NCBI GenBank assembly: GCA_010356995.1
Contig: ML996712.1
Span: forward strand, 137,204 to 189,807
Source: Trichodelitschia bisporula
Taxonomy: Eukaryota
Length of the DNA: 52,604 nt
Reading direction: 5' to 3'
The translations under genes and the position numbers were made by a program. Shown here one piece after another: positions 23,814 to 34,325 of this stretch. The stretch's first letter is position 1; each line of letters starts with the position of its first letter. The notes below the pieces were generated by a model. It did not search any database, was not told where the DNA came from, and saw only the letters and a program-made list of their open reading frames with translations.

Positions 23814-25662
23814 ATGGCGGGCAACATTCAACGCTCTCTCTCCCTCAACACGGGCGCATCCTCAGGACTCTTGTAAGTCTCTACAGGCCATCATGTTCAA
23901 TTTCAATCCCTCCTTTCCCGCAGACGCGTCCCCGCGCGGCCGCCCTCTCGTACAAGACCCCTCCAAGCGCCGCCTCGCAAGCCCACGCACCCACCGACCC
24001 GGCAGTTCAAACGCCCCTCTCACCCGTAACCCCAATCCCGCTAACCTCGCCCCCTTCAGCTCAGGCACAACATCTACCACCCAAGCAGGCGGCATGTTCG
24101 GCGCGGCAAATACCTCACAGCCGGCGAGCGGCGGCGGGCTCTTCGGCGCCGCGCCCGCGTCTGCGCAACCCACGACGGGAGGCCTCTTTGGCAACACCCC
24201 CGCGACTACGCAGGCAGGCGGCCTGTTCGGCAATACTCCCGCGACTACGCAAGCAGGTGGTCTCTTTGGCAATACCCCCGCGACCACGCAGTCTGGCGGC
24301 CTCTTCAGCGGTGCTCCCGGGACTACGCAGGCAGGCGGCCTCTTCGGCAACACCCCCGCGACCACGCAAGCAGGCGGTCTCTTCAGCGCAGCGCCCGCGT
24401 CCACGCAACCCGCGACGGGAGGTCTTTTCGCGCCTGCGTCGGGTGCGCCTGGGGCAGGTGGGCTGTTCGGTTCTACAACTACTACGTCAGCTCCCGCGGC
24501 CGGCGGTCTCTTCGCCCCTCCAGGTGCTTCATCCGCGCCTGCGGCGGGCGGGCTGTTTAGTTCTAGTGCTGCGAAGCCGGGGGGCTTGTTCGCTGCTCCG
24601 GCGGCGGCACCCACGAGTAGTGCGCCTGCACAACCTCTGTTGTAAGCTTTTGCATGGGTATTGATATACCCACGCTGACAATCTAGTGGTGCTACTCCCG
24701 CTAAACCCGCGGCCAGCAGTCTGTTCGCTCCGTCTGCGACTACCCAACCCGCAGCCGGCGGCCTGTTCGCGGCGCCCGCATCGACGCAGCCCGCAGCCGG
24801 TGGTCTGTTCAATTCTACCGCCGCGAAGCCTGCTGCTACGGGGGTCAACTCGATCTTCGGTGGCGCGAAGCCAGCCGCGCCTCAGGGTGGGAGCTTGTTC
24901 AATGCGTCTCAGGCCCCGGTTCAGGCATCAGTCCCTGGCGTGCGGATTGACCTGACCAACATGAAGCCCACAACGCGCTTCTCCGAGCTGCACGAAGACA
25001 TCCAAAAAACAATCGAGCAAATCGACACCTTCATCGCCGCGCACATCGCCGCCTCAGTGCAGTGCGCGCAGATGATGCCCCGCCTCGCCGAGTACATGTC
25101 CTGGATCCCGTCCGACGTGGCGTATCTGGAGACGGCGCAGCAGACGGTCGAGATGGCGCTTGATCGCGACGCGGCGGCGGTGCGGGACGTGAAGGCTTTG
25201 GTGCAACGGGATGTGGAGGATGCACGGCGCGCGTTTGCCGCGGTTGAGAATCTGAAACTGCCCGCGCAGTACCATTATACGGGTGTGTGGCCGAGTGCGG
25301 GGGTGCAGGCGGCGCCGGTGGAGGGGGATGGGCTCGGAAGTGCTACGGATCTCATGGCGTATTTCAGCACCAAGGCTTCGGAGCTGGAGACCGGGCTCAA
25401 GGCGTCCGCGGCGCTGTTGGCGGAGATTGAGGCCCATTTGCGGGTTGTGGAGGGGAGTGCGGTGGAGAAGATTGAGCGCTTGGTTAGGGCTAGGGGAGGC
25501 ATGGTGGGGGATGCGGTGGAGGGGAGTGTAAGGCTTAGGGAGTTGAGTGGTGCGATGAGGGAGTTTGAGATGGCGGTTTTTAGGGTGGCTACGAAGTTGG
25601 GTGGTGCTCGTGAGGGAGTGGTTAATGTGTCGCTGGGGTCGGGGGGGTATGGGTTGCGTTAG
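23814..25662 (+). CDS. NUP49: FG-repeat nucleoporin Nup49/Nup58; exons 23814-23872, 24060-24641, 24687-25662
   Basis: LSLNT N-terminus, many GGLFG/GGLF repeats, then VPGVRIDLTNMKPTTRFSELHEDIQKTIEQID...ENLKLPAQY...DLMAYFS coiled-coil domain. Introns 23873-24059 and 24642-24686 are both phase 2. Confidence 0.88.
24178..24390 (+). repeat. Coding 39-bp tandem repeat (GGLFGNTPATTQA, about 5 copies) in the nucleoporin
   Basis: Near-identical 13-aa units are visible in ORF 23893-24645. Confidence 0.9.
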
Positions 25663-26554
25663 GGGTGGAGATGGTGAAGTTGTGGGTGTGAATCTGGCGT
25701 GGATGAGGGGCGTAATTGACTGTCGTGAGGAGGGCCTCATGTGTGAAGATCTCGGGATGTTAGGCGCTTTGTACACATAGACGGTTCGTTGTGTTACTAC
25801 TACGCTGCTGCCCGAGACGTCATGCGGGCTTTACAGCAGCTGATAGCTACGCCATGGGTCAAAAATTCAACGTATGGGACAGAATTCACTGTCGTCGGCC
25901 GTGTCCTCGTTGTGTATCTGATGCTATATACGGGGAACGCGCCTTACGAAGCGGCCTGGCAACGGGTAACGAGCGGCATCAACGCATGTGCCCGTGGTAG
26001 TCACGATAGCCTCCTAAACATGCAACTCGCTCGAGTCGGTCCAATGTCAAGAGCAGAACGCTTCGGCTGGTGCGCGGCACCTCACCATGATTACTACGTA
26101 TGATGACAGGGTTTAGGCGACGTTATGCCAAGCATGTGCGGAAGGCATGGGCGATCAAGGAGGACACGATGGAGTTTTAGCTTTCCTTTGCTTCTGACTT
26201 CTCTTCTTTGTCTCAACTCGGTATCAAGAATGCAGCACTTTGCTTTTCCGACACCTTATTCTCCACATATCCGCAATTACAAAAGTCAAGAGCAGAACGC
26301 CTCGTCCGCTAGCATCGAAGTCCACTAAGATCCGCTCTAAGGCTACCGCGCTCGCTCATATCTCGCGCCCAGATCACAGTGTATCCCCGCCAACGCCGCC
26401 GTCCACGCCTAAACCCCCTCAGAGCCCGCTAGCCGGCTGAAGAACGAACAGAAGCGACCGAATATTACAAGACAATAGAACAACCACACAGCGCCGTCTG
26501 ACCATATTGCCCCCGACGCCCGTCCTTGAACGTTCCCCCAACCCGTGCCCTAGC

Positions 26555-28420
26555 TTAAGTGCAGGCACCGCTATTCTTCGGATAGAAGTAACTGGCCGTC
26601 GCAATAATCACGTAAAGGCTGCAAAGCAGGGCCCCCTCAAACCAATGACTCTTCCCGTCTTGGATCAATGCTGAGACAAGGACGACGCTGATGAACACGC
26701 ACACCAGGCTAAAGGCGTCGAAGACGTATGTCATGTCTTTGCCCATGCCCCATCCGATGATGACCATGAGGGGGAGCACCATCATTGCGATTTGGATGCT
26801 GCTGCCGACGCAGACGCCGATTGCGAGGTCCATTTTGTCCCTGGGCTCAGGTTAGTTTCTGCGGTCGGGGGAGATGAGGGGGGAGACGTACTTGATCGCA
26901 ACGCTAATGGACGTGACATGCTCCGCCGCATTCCCGACAATCGGCAGGAGAATCAACCCGATCCAGTACTCGGATACGTGATACTCGCACGTAACTTCGC
27001 TAATCGAATCGATCAGAAACTCCGCACACAGACCGATGAGCGCCGTCGCAGCGCAAAGCGTAACCAAACTCCCAACGAAGCTCAGACTCGGCTCCTCCTC
27101 GTCGTCGTCCTCGTGAAGCGTACGGTCCATGTGCGTAGGCACCGCCGCGTCCCCGGCACCCGGCATCGCAGGCCCAGCACCGACGCCCGTGCCCACCCCG
27201 ACGCCCGTAGCGAGATCCTGTCTATCAACACCCTCGCCGAGCCCGACACCAGTCACGGACCCCCTTTTAGACCCGTGCTTCTCCTGCTTCGCGTGCGCCT
27301 TATCGCGCTTCTTCTGCGCCCTGATCGCACGACGCTTCATGCTCTTCGGGCTGCGCTGCTTTTGGACTTTCTGCGACTCCTCGTTATACAGCGAGGCGTG
27401 GGAGTGGAGCTGGAAGTACAAATACGCGCCGTAGATGAGGATTGTGACGATGGCGGTGGCGTGGGAGATCGGGCCCGCGTTATTCGAGTTCCCTTGCCCC
27501 CACGTGAAGGCGGTGGGGATGAGGAGGGATCCGACGGCGAGGGCGAGGATGGAGGCCGCGGTTTGCGCGACCGTCATGTTGAAGAATTGCTCCATGCGGC
27601 CCATCCCGCCGAAGAAGAAGGACATACCCAGCACTAAGAGGAGGTTGGAGAGGATGGAGCCGATGAGCGAGGTTTGCGTGATGATGATTTGCCCGTGGGC
27701 GAGGGAGATGATGCCGACGATTAATTCGACTGCGTTGCCGAAGGATGCGTTGAGGAGCCCGCCGACGGCTTCACCGCAGTGCAGGGCGATTTCTTCGGTG
27801 CCGAAGGAGAGGATCCCGGCGAGGGGCATGATCGCGATCAAGTTGATGAGGAAACTGCCCTCCACATTAGCCCCACACCACCCTAACCCACGAAAAACAG
27901 GGACCAACTCACATGGCTAGGGGATTGATCCCCTTGACGTAATTCAGCGCAATGCCCACCGGCGCCGCGAAGAGCAACCAATTAATCGTAAACCACTGCG
28001 GAAACAAGACCGCGCGAATCTGCTGCCCAACGGGGATCTTGCGTCCTAAACGCTTCTTGCGCGCCTCTGCCTTCTCTTCGTCCGTCCTCTCTGCTGGCGC
28101 GGTTGGCGAGGCAGGCGACCCTGGCTGCGATTCATCACCGCCCACGAGCGTCGTCTCGGTGCGCCGCTGCTTCACGGCGTTTGCCTCTGGCGCGCCGTTC
28201 GCGTCGGTCCCGAAGTCGCGCGTGGAAGGGCTGGACGTCGGACCGGCTTCCGGGTCGAGTTGCTTCGCCTTCTTGTGTTTGCGGATGACGGGGTTCCAGC
28301 GAAGGAAGATGTTGCGCTCGTCGGGGTCGGCAGACCAGCCGAGGCGCCGGGTCTGGCTGCGGATGCGTTCTGTGTCTTTTAGAATGGGGATTGGGACGTG
28401 CCAGGGGGGGACTTACGCAT
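26555..28420 (-). CDS. VCX1: Vacuolar Ca2+/H+ exchanger (CAX/VCX1 family); exons 28420-28417, 28369-27913, 27854-26892, 26840-26555
   Basis: Alpha-1 repeat GGLLNASFGNAVELI...GSILSNLLLVLG, alpha-2 repeat LPIVGNAAEH...DKMDLAIGVCVGSSIQIA, an acidic EDDDEEEP loop and DGKSHWFEG. Three GT-AG introns, all consistent in phase. Confidence 0.92.
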
Positions 28421-28509
28421 TGCGATGCGCTGGGTGGAGGGATTGGGTGGGGTGCGTTGGTTATTATGTTGATGGGGTGAGGCTGAGGGTGCGCAAGACT
28501 GTGCGCATT

Positions 28510-28530
28510 GGGGGGGGGGGGGGGGGGGGG
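28510..28530. repeat. G21 homopolymer flanked by a 6-bp inverted repeat (CGCATT/AATGCG)
   Basis: Seen directly, about 90 nt upstream of the VCX1 ATG. Confidence 0.9.
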
Positions 28531-29040
28531 AATGCGATGTTTACGGGCTGGCTCGGTCTGGTGAGGCCTCTCAGCGCTTGGCGATAGTGAGAGTCGCGCG
28601 CTTCAGCCACAAGTTGGGGGTGGGAAACTGGGTGCCTGGTGTAAGGCGGTGGCTGTGGAGATTGAAGGCGGTAAGACGTGGCGTGGGATGCTGAACGGGG
28701 GGGTTTGGGGGTGGAGGAAAACGAGGTGCAGCAAAGCTGAAAGATATCGGCCGTGTGTGAAAGGAGAGAGGCCGATGTTTGCGGTGTGTTAAAAGGAAGC
28801 GGAATGTCAAGCGACGACAAACAAAAGAAGCAAGCAACGAGATCCTTCCCACTCAACACGTCCCCAGCGGCCCTCGCACAGTATTTACGCGGGTTTCCGA
28901 CATGAATGACGTCCTTGGTATGCCCAGCGCGTCTCAAGCTTTCCTAGTGGATGGACAATGCTTCATGCGACACAAGAGCCAACAAGCCAGTCTTGACTCC
29001 ACCACGGCACGGCAAGCTTAAAACCTTGATCGCGCAGCAT

Positions 29041-29090
29041 CTTGGCTTCTGTCGTCGTCTTGGCCTCCGTCGTCTTGGCCTCCGTCGTCG
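29041..29090. repeat. 15-18-bp degenerate tandem repeat (CTTGGCCTCCGTCGT, about 3 copies)
   Basis: CTTGGCTTCTGTCGTCGT-CTTGGCCTCCGTCGT-CTTGGCCTCCGTCGTCG seen directly. Confidence 0.8.
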
Positions 29091-30609
29091 TGTGTCCCCC
29101 GGGATCGCCAGTCGGCCTCCCTCCTCCAACTCTGCCGAGGGGCCTTCGCTGTCCGTCCCAGTCTCTCCCGCCCCTGACGCGCTCCTCAAATGAACAATCA
29201 TCGTCATAAACCCAGTCCTCCACCCCCCAGCGCCTCGCCCGACATCCAAGCCCTCTGCAGCGAATCACAAATCGAGCGCAAAACTGCAGATACCCCCGAT
29301 CCGGCCCCCCATTCGCTCGGCCCGCACGACGCGCCGCCGTTTGAAAAGAGCTGAGACCTGGGCCGCGGCGGCCCTGGCTTCCATGGTGCGACCCGATTCG
29401 TGCAACATATTGCGCTTGCAGGGTGGCCAGCGCAGAGGGTCTCGCCCTACTCTTGTTCTAGTTCTAATCGTACTTCCGCTGACGACGAGATGACTTCTGG
29501 ATCTCTTTGACAGCCTTTCTGCAGAGTCTGGAAGCACATATAAGCTCGCTCGATGCCTCCTTGCGGTGGTTGAGCACCAGGCTGATCGGGCCAGGCATGC
29601 GGTGCAGACGAGGCCCGGCATAACGCCATCGGTGCGTCGGGCGGGAACGCCCGGTGAGGCACTCACTCCTCAGGCGGTCGTAAGCCCAACTTCACCGACT
29701 GAGATACACACGTAGGATTATTCTATCAAGGCCCAAAGTCGTCGTAACGCCAAGTTATGCGTGTCAGAGTCAACTCCAAGACGTGGTTCGAACAGCCAAC
29801 CTCTTGCCTCCTTCCCCACTCTCTCAATTCCCACAAATGGGACACGGCTGCGCATCCCTCGATCGGTATCAACCCGGCCAATCCCTTGTTAGTGTATCGC
29901 TGCACTGCCACCCTCGCCACAGCCTGTCTGCCTCTGCCTCGCACATGTACCGCGGAACGGCAGAATGCGCTGTCTGCGGCCAGTGAGATAGAGGTTACGC
30001 GCGTTACTGACGATCGGGATGGCGTTTTGTGGTTGCCTGGTTTGGGTGCCGCGAATGCGCATATGGGGGTGGCTGTGCGCAGGGCTGTGGCGCTGGTGGC
30101 GGTGGCGGGTGCGACATCTGACGTCGGAAGGCTAACCGACGAGGCTGTGGGATCGCTGCTTAAGGAAGTACGTGATGGTATCGCCGGTGTATCTGGAAAT
30201 GGGAGAGGAGCAGTAGGAGTCCGTATGGATCTGCTGTTGGGATATCTGGGCGCGCCAGTGGGGGCAAGTTAGCCTCGTTCTCGAACTCCAATAGCGAGCA
30301 CAGGAATGGAAGAGCATGGTGAAGCGGAGCGGGTCCTCAGCAGGCTATGTACGTGTAATGGACGGCATATCGCCATCGAAGAGCTGTCTGCTTCTCCGGG
30401 GCGAATTCCCACCTCTCAACTTCAGATGTCCGACTGAATCCACCAGACCCCGATGTGCACAAACATACACAAACGTTCCTTCCCGCGGCAAGCAACAAAG
30501 CACCGAGCAGTCACCATCGCCCCTACCGTTTTCAACCTCCGCCCGTCATCATCGCTCCTACCCTTTACGCCGCCCGGCCCCGTCACTCGCAAGTGGTGAT
30601 AAATCCGAC

Positions 30610-30639
30610 TTCCTCTTCCTCTTCCTCTTCCTCTTCCTC
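30610..30639. repeat. (TTCCTC)5 microsatellite, a CT-rich promoter tract
   Basis: Seen directly upstream of the RTC4-like gene. Confidence 0.85.
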
Positions 30640-30794
30640 CATTTCTCTTCATCAACACCACTTCAATCACCTATATATACTACCACCAACGAGACTGCAA
30701 GCATTACCCCTCCGAAGTCATCACTCTGTACTCTTCTTCATTTCCCAGTTCGCTGAAAGAAAATGATTCCCACTGCAACAAAGCCAACGTCATC

Positions 30795-31368
30795 ATGGTA
30801 CTCTCCCATATCCCGAGCAGCCGACCAACTTCGCTAAAATTTCCAGACCGGGCGGCCTTGGAGGTGCGGCAAAAACTCAAAAGCAGCGAAGAGGCCGATA
30901 AGATCCGGGAGATATGGTCCCCAGGCTTCTACGGCCCTCGTGGCGCCGACTATATGTAAGTCCTACTGCCCACCTCCTACGCCTACTCATGCTAACCGTG
31001 TCAGTGCTCGGGGAGTTATGTCCAGGCGTCTCCAGAAAATCCTAGAAACTCTGGTTGCGAAGGACCGCTACCTCGCTGAATGCCAGGTAGGCGGTGTGCT
31101 CGAGCGCATCGTCATGCCGGAGGTGGCGAGCGTACTAGCCGCTGAGGATCTAGGTATCACAGTTACTGAAGCAAGCAATGTGCTGAAGCGCCTCTTGATC
31201 CCGCTGGGGTCTGCCGTACCGTCTTCCCTCTTGATGATATACGAGGCGCTGATGGAGGCTGATGCGGACGCGAAGGAGGAAAAGCCGCGCAAAATGGCGA
31301 CGAGGGACGCGAAGGAGAAGGCGGCTGCGAAGGTTAGCCAGCGGGTTGAAGATATGGGGGGATACTAG
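30795..31368 (+). CDS. Small RTC4-like C-terminal domain protein (5' end uncertain); exons 30795-30955, 31005-31368
   Basis: Spliced (intron 30956-31004 GTAAGT..GCTAAC..CAG) reading PGFYGPRGADYIARGVMSR...GGVLERIVMPEVASVLAAEDLGITVTEASNVLK matches the RTC4 pattern GYYGPRG...VLVPELxxxLIxEDMGV. Confidence 0.6.
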
Positions 31369-31636
31369 GGCTGCCTGGCTTAGCAGAGGCACCTTTACGG
31401 GGATATCTCCACGGGGCCATCTCATATACTGTTGCCTATATCAGTCTGGTAAGTCTATCCTCACAGCGCTCATTTTGCATCTAACTTGCCCAGTGATGGA
31501 CTAGAGTTATGGATACTCGCGCCAACAACGGCATTCTCCCCGCCAATTTCCCCGTGTCAATTTCCCCGTCCCTTTTTCCCTTATCTCTTTCTCCACTACC
31601 ACGCCACGATGCCCGCCTAAATAATGCTCCTCGACT

Positions 31637-32158
31637 ATGGCACCCCCAATTGAGAACGGCCCGGTTTCCAAGCAGACCTTCATCGAGACCAACGCGGCGC
31701 ATCTTGCAGAGATCCATGCCATGCGCACCCAGCTCGCAGCGGCGGAAGCTGAGGTTGCCAAACTGCGTAGCGAGGGCGACGTATTCCGCTCCCTCTGCAA
31801 TACCTCGCAGGCGTGTTCTGCCTGCGGGACTCATCAAAAGCAAGTGTGCGCAAAGGCTCTGGCGCCAAACATACCTCCACCTGCAGCATTCACGACTCAT
31901 ACGCCTGCTCCCTGCGAGATCACAGGGAATCTGGCGCGATCTAACTTCGACGATGCGTCAACGGGTACCTCGTGTACGACGGGTGACGAACAGGAGCTCA
32001 CACCTGCTCCCGTTCAGCAGACGGACTGTCAAAATGCTGAAGTGATCGCTCTCACGGAAATGGGCCCCGAGGTGCGTACAGTGGTTGACAATGTCGCTGA
32101 GACTGTTTCTACAGTTGAAGCGGCGGATGTCGACGAGCACAGCATCCGCTGGCCCTGA
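31637..32158 (+). CDS. Hypothetical 173-aa ORF with a predicted coiled coil, possibly transposon-derived
   Basis: Open ATG-to-stop frame with heptad-like LAEIHAMRTQLAAAEAEVAKLRSE and a CxxC. No recognised family. Confidence 0.3.
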   Translation: MAPPIENGPVSKQTFIETNAAHLAEIHAMRTQLAAAEAEVAKLRSEGDVFRSLCNTSQACSACGTHQKQVCAKALAPNIPPPAAFTTHTPAPCEITGNLARSNFDDASTGTSCTTGDEQELTPAPVQQTDCQNAEVIALTEMGPEVRTVVDNVAETVSTVEAADVDEHSIRWP

Positions 32159-32259
32159 AGAATAGTGGGTGGAGCTAGAATGCTTCAGCTGTGGAAACTC
32201 CCTCTGTAGCGGCCCCACTGTTCGACAATCTACCGGACTACAACAACAACGATACCAAG

Positions 32260-32622
32260 ATCAGAGACGTGCTTGACGGCAAACTCTACCCTCACTTTCA
32301 TCGCCAGAGGCTTAATCTCTTCCAAAAGCGCACTAATGTGGCTCTCGCAATGTCGCTCAATGGTGTGCAGGTTGTCAATACCGTACATGGGAGGTTACAC
32401 CTGTTCTGGTCTTCAACAGGATCGGGGCGGATTTGGACATCTCATGGTCAAGGAGAGGGGACTCGGATTCAAGAACAAATGCCAGTACTTGGGCAGCGAA
32501 GAGATCAGTTCCCACGCGCGTCAGAATCTCCCGGCAGTCCTCGCAACGATGGCGACCTGTTCAGGAAATTCCACAAGAAGCTGAATATACTGCAAGATCC
32601 CCGTGACATTGCCCTACAACTT
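32260..32622 (+). mobile_element. CACTA/EnSpm (tnp2-type) transposase relic; the same motif is present twice
   Basis: IRDVLDGKLYPHFHRQRLNLFQKRTNVALAMSLNG (32260-32364) and DGDLFRKFHKKLNILQDPRDIALQL (32548-32622) both match the pattern DxxDGxLY...LFxDxRDIALxxSxDG. Confidence 0.6.
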
Positions 32623-32859
32623 TGTGTCTGAATCAGACAATACGCAGATTCAATGGATCTTGATGATTTGACCGCAATCTTGTGAGATGTTTGATGTGCA
32701 TGACGTCGTGATTTAGCCCTCAGCAGCTTTTCCCGGGTATTCGTCTTCAGAGCTCATTTGACATCAAGAGGGCCATGTTGTGGGAGGCGAGCGGCGAATA
32801 GAGGCTCATCTCGCATACTCACAGATGATGGCCACATCGGAAGATGAGAACACGTTTGT

Positions 32860-33830
32860 AGAGGAGTATCCTAGATAAATGGGCATGTTTCGCAATGACA
32901 ACCGCAGCCGTTGCGCTCTCTCCTGTCCTTCGAGCAGCTGAATACATTCAACACCGTTTTTATGACCACCCATTTGTTGAGCATCTCCACCTTGTTCGTC
33001 ATCGCCGATGCTTGCCCCTTCTCCCCCGTAGATGTCGATCGTACCGATGTGTCGAGTTTTGAGGCGCGACCCACTGTGCAGGGCCGACTCGGCGAGTCCG
33101 TCAACCGGCTTCCTTCTTCCCGCATACTGGGTTTCCCGTGGCGGAGTCCATGATTCTCCAAAGGGCCGTGTGATGAACGAGAGAAGGCGCATTGCGATTC
33201 CAGGAAGGGACATACCGAGTTGGGGAAGCGGCATGGCAAGGCTGGAAGGAAACCCCGGTGAGCTCGGAAAGAATGAGTTGCCCGCCGCTCACCTTTCTTG
33301 CCCTTCATCATTCTTCTGACTTCTAATCATACACTTGTTGTTTTGCACCCGAGCCGTGGTGGTTGCTTCCGGTTATCATCAACCGAAATGCTTGCCATTG
33401 GACAAAGTCGACGAGGGGATTGCCCAGCACTCTTGACAAGGAACCTTCAACGGCAACACCCAAAACACGGCTTTTCGCAAGCTTCTCGGCTGCCGCATGC
33501 CGGTTTGTTGGTATGCGGCACTACCCTTCTCCCTCCCGAGCCGTGTGAGGTATGTAGAGTGGCTGGCTTATCCTTGATCGTCTCCCGTTTGCATATCGTA
33601 TCGGGCATGAACCGAGAGACGTTGAATCGCACGCGGCCGGCCTCTGGCAGTTCGGAATCGTATTGCACGACATGCTGATTCCCGCTTTTGCTGAGGTCAT
33701 GGCCTGTCCACTGCGGAGAGGGTTGGATAAGACTTTTTCGCCTATCTCATGGGCTTGTAGAACTACTGTATTGCCTCTGCTGCCCTCCTCCGAGCATCGC
33801 TGCTACTTTGTGTGAGAGGAATCCAAACCT
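32860..33830 (-). pseudogene. Heavily decayed Upf1-like SF1 helicase (ZNFX1/NFX1-type) fragment
   Basis: Collinear degenerate motifs across shifted frames: SEEG...VLQAH (EEAGEVLEAH), LRKAVFW (GMRKRLFW), VCPFLESQ (LTPYLGQ), TIDIYGGE (TVDNFQGEE) and IQLLEGQERAQRLRLSLRNMPIYLG (GFLxxxxRxNVLLSRARxxxxIxG). Confidence 0.4.
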
Positions 33831-34325
33831 GGGGCATTTATTGTGCGTCTTTGTGTGCTTCTGGCTGAGGTATAGCTGAGCTAGGCTAATGGTTGCAGTG
33901 CTCATGCGCTAGGCAGAAGTCATTATTTCCCATCGAGTTGAAATCGACAACGCTTGTACATACACCGAACATTCGCTTTTGAAGGAACTTGCGATTTTGT
34001 TCTTTGCTAGGTCTAAGCTCAAACCAGCTCTCCCTGGTCCTCCTGTTACTTCAATATGGATCATTCATCCTGCGGTTTGAGCCGGGCGACAGCATGGTGG
34101 TACAGCGGCGGAAGGCAAGATTCCATCGGCGGCCCACCGCATACCTGCGGTTTTGACATTTCATTGAACACAATGGACTCACTCATCGACAAATGGAATC
34201 CGATGCTTAATTCTTGGACGTATCTGCGAGATATAGTCATCTTGACGGTCTTCAATGTCTCTCACTCTCAGAAAGACAGACTCCTCAGTACCTCTGATCA
34301 CCTAATCCCTTGAACCGCGGTCAAA

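Noticed and set aside
23873..24059. Possible stwintron or C/D snoRNA in NUP49 intron 1
   Set aside because: Removing 23873-23923 does not create a new donor, and no RTGATGA/CTGA box pair is present.
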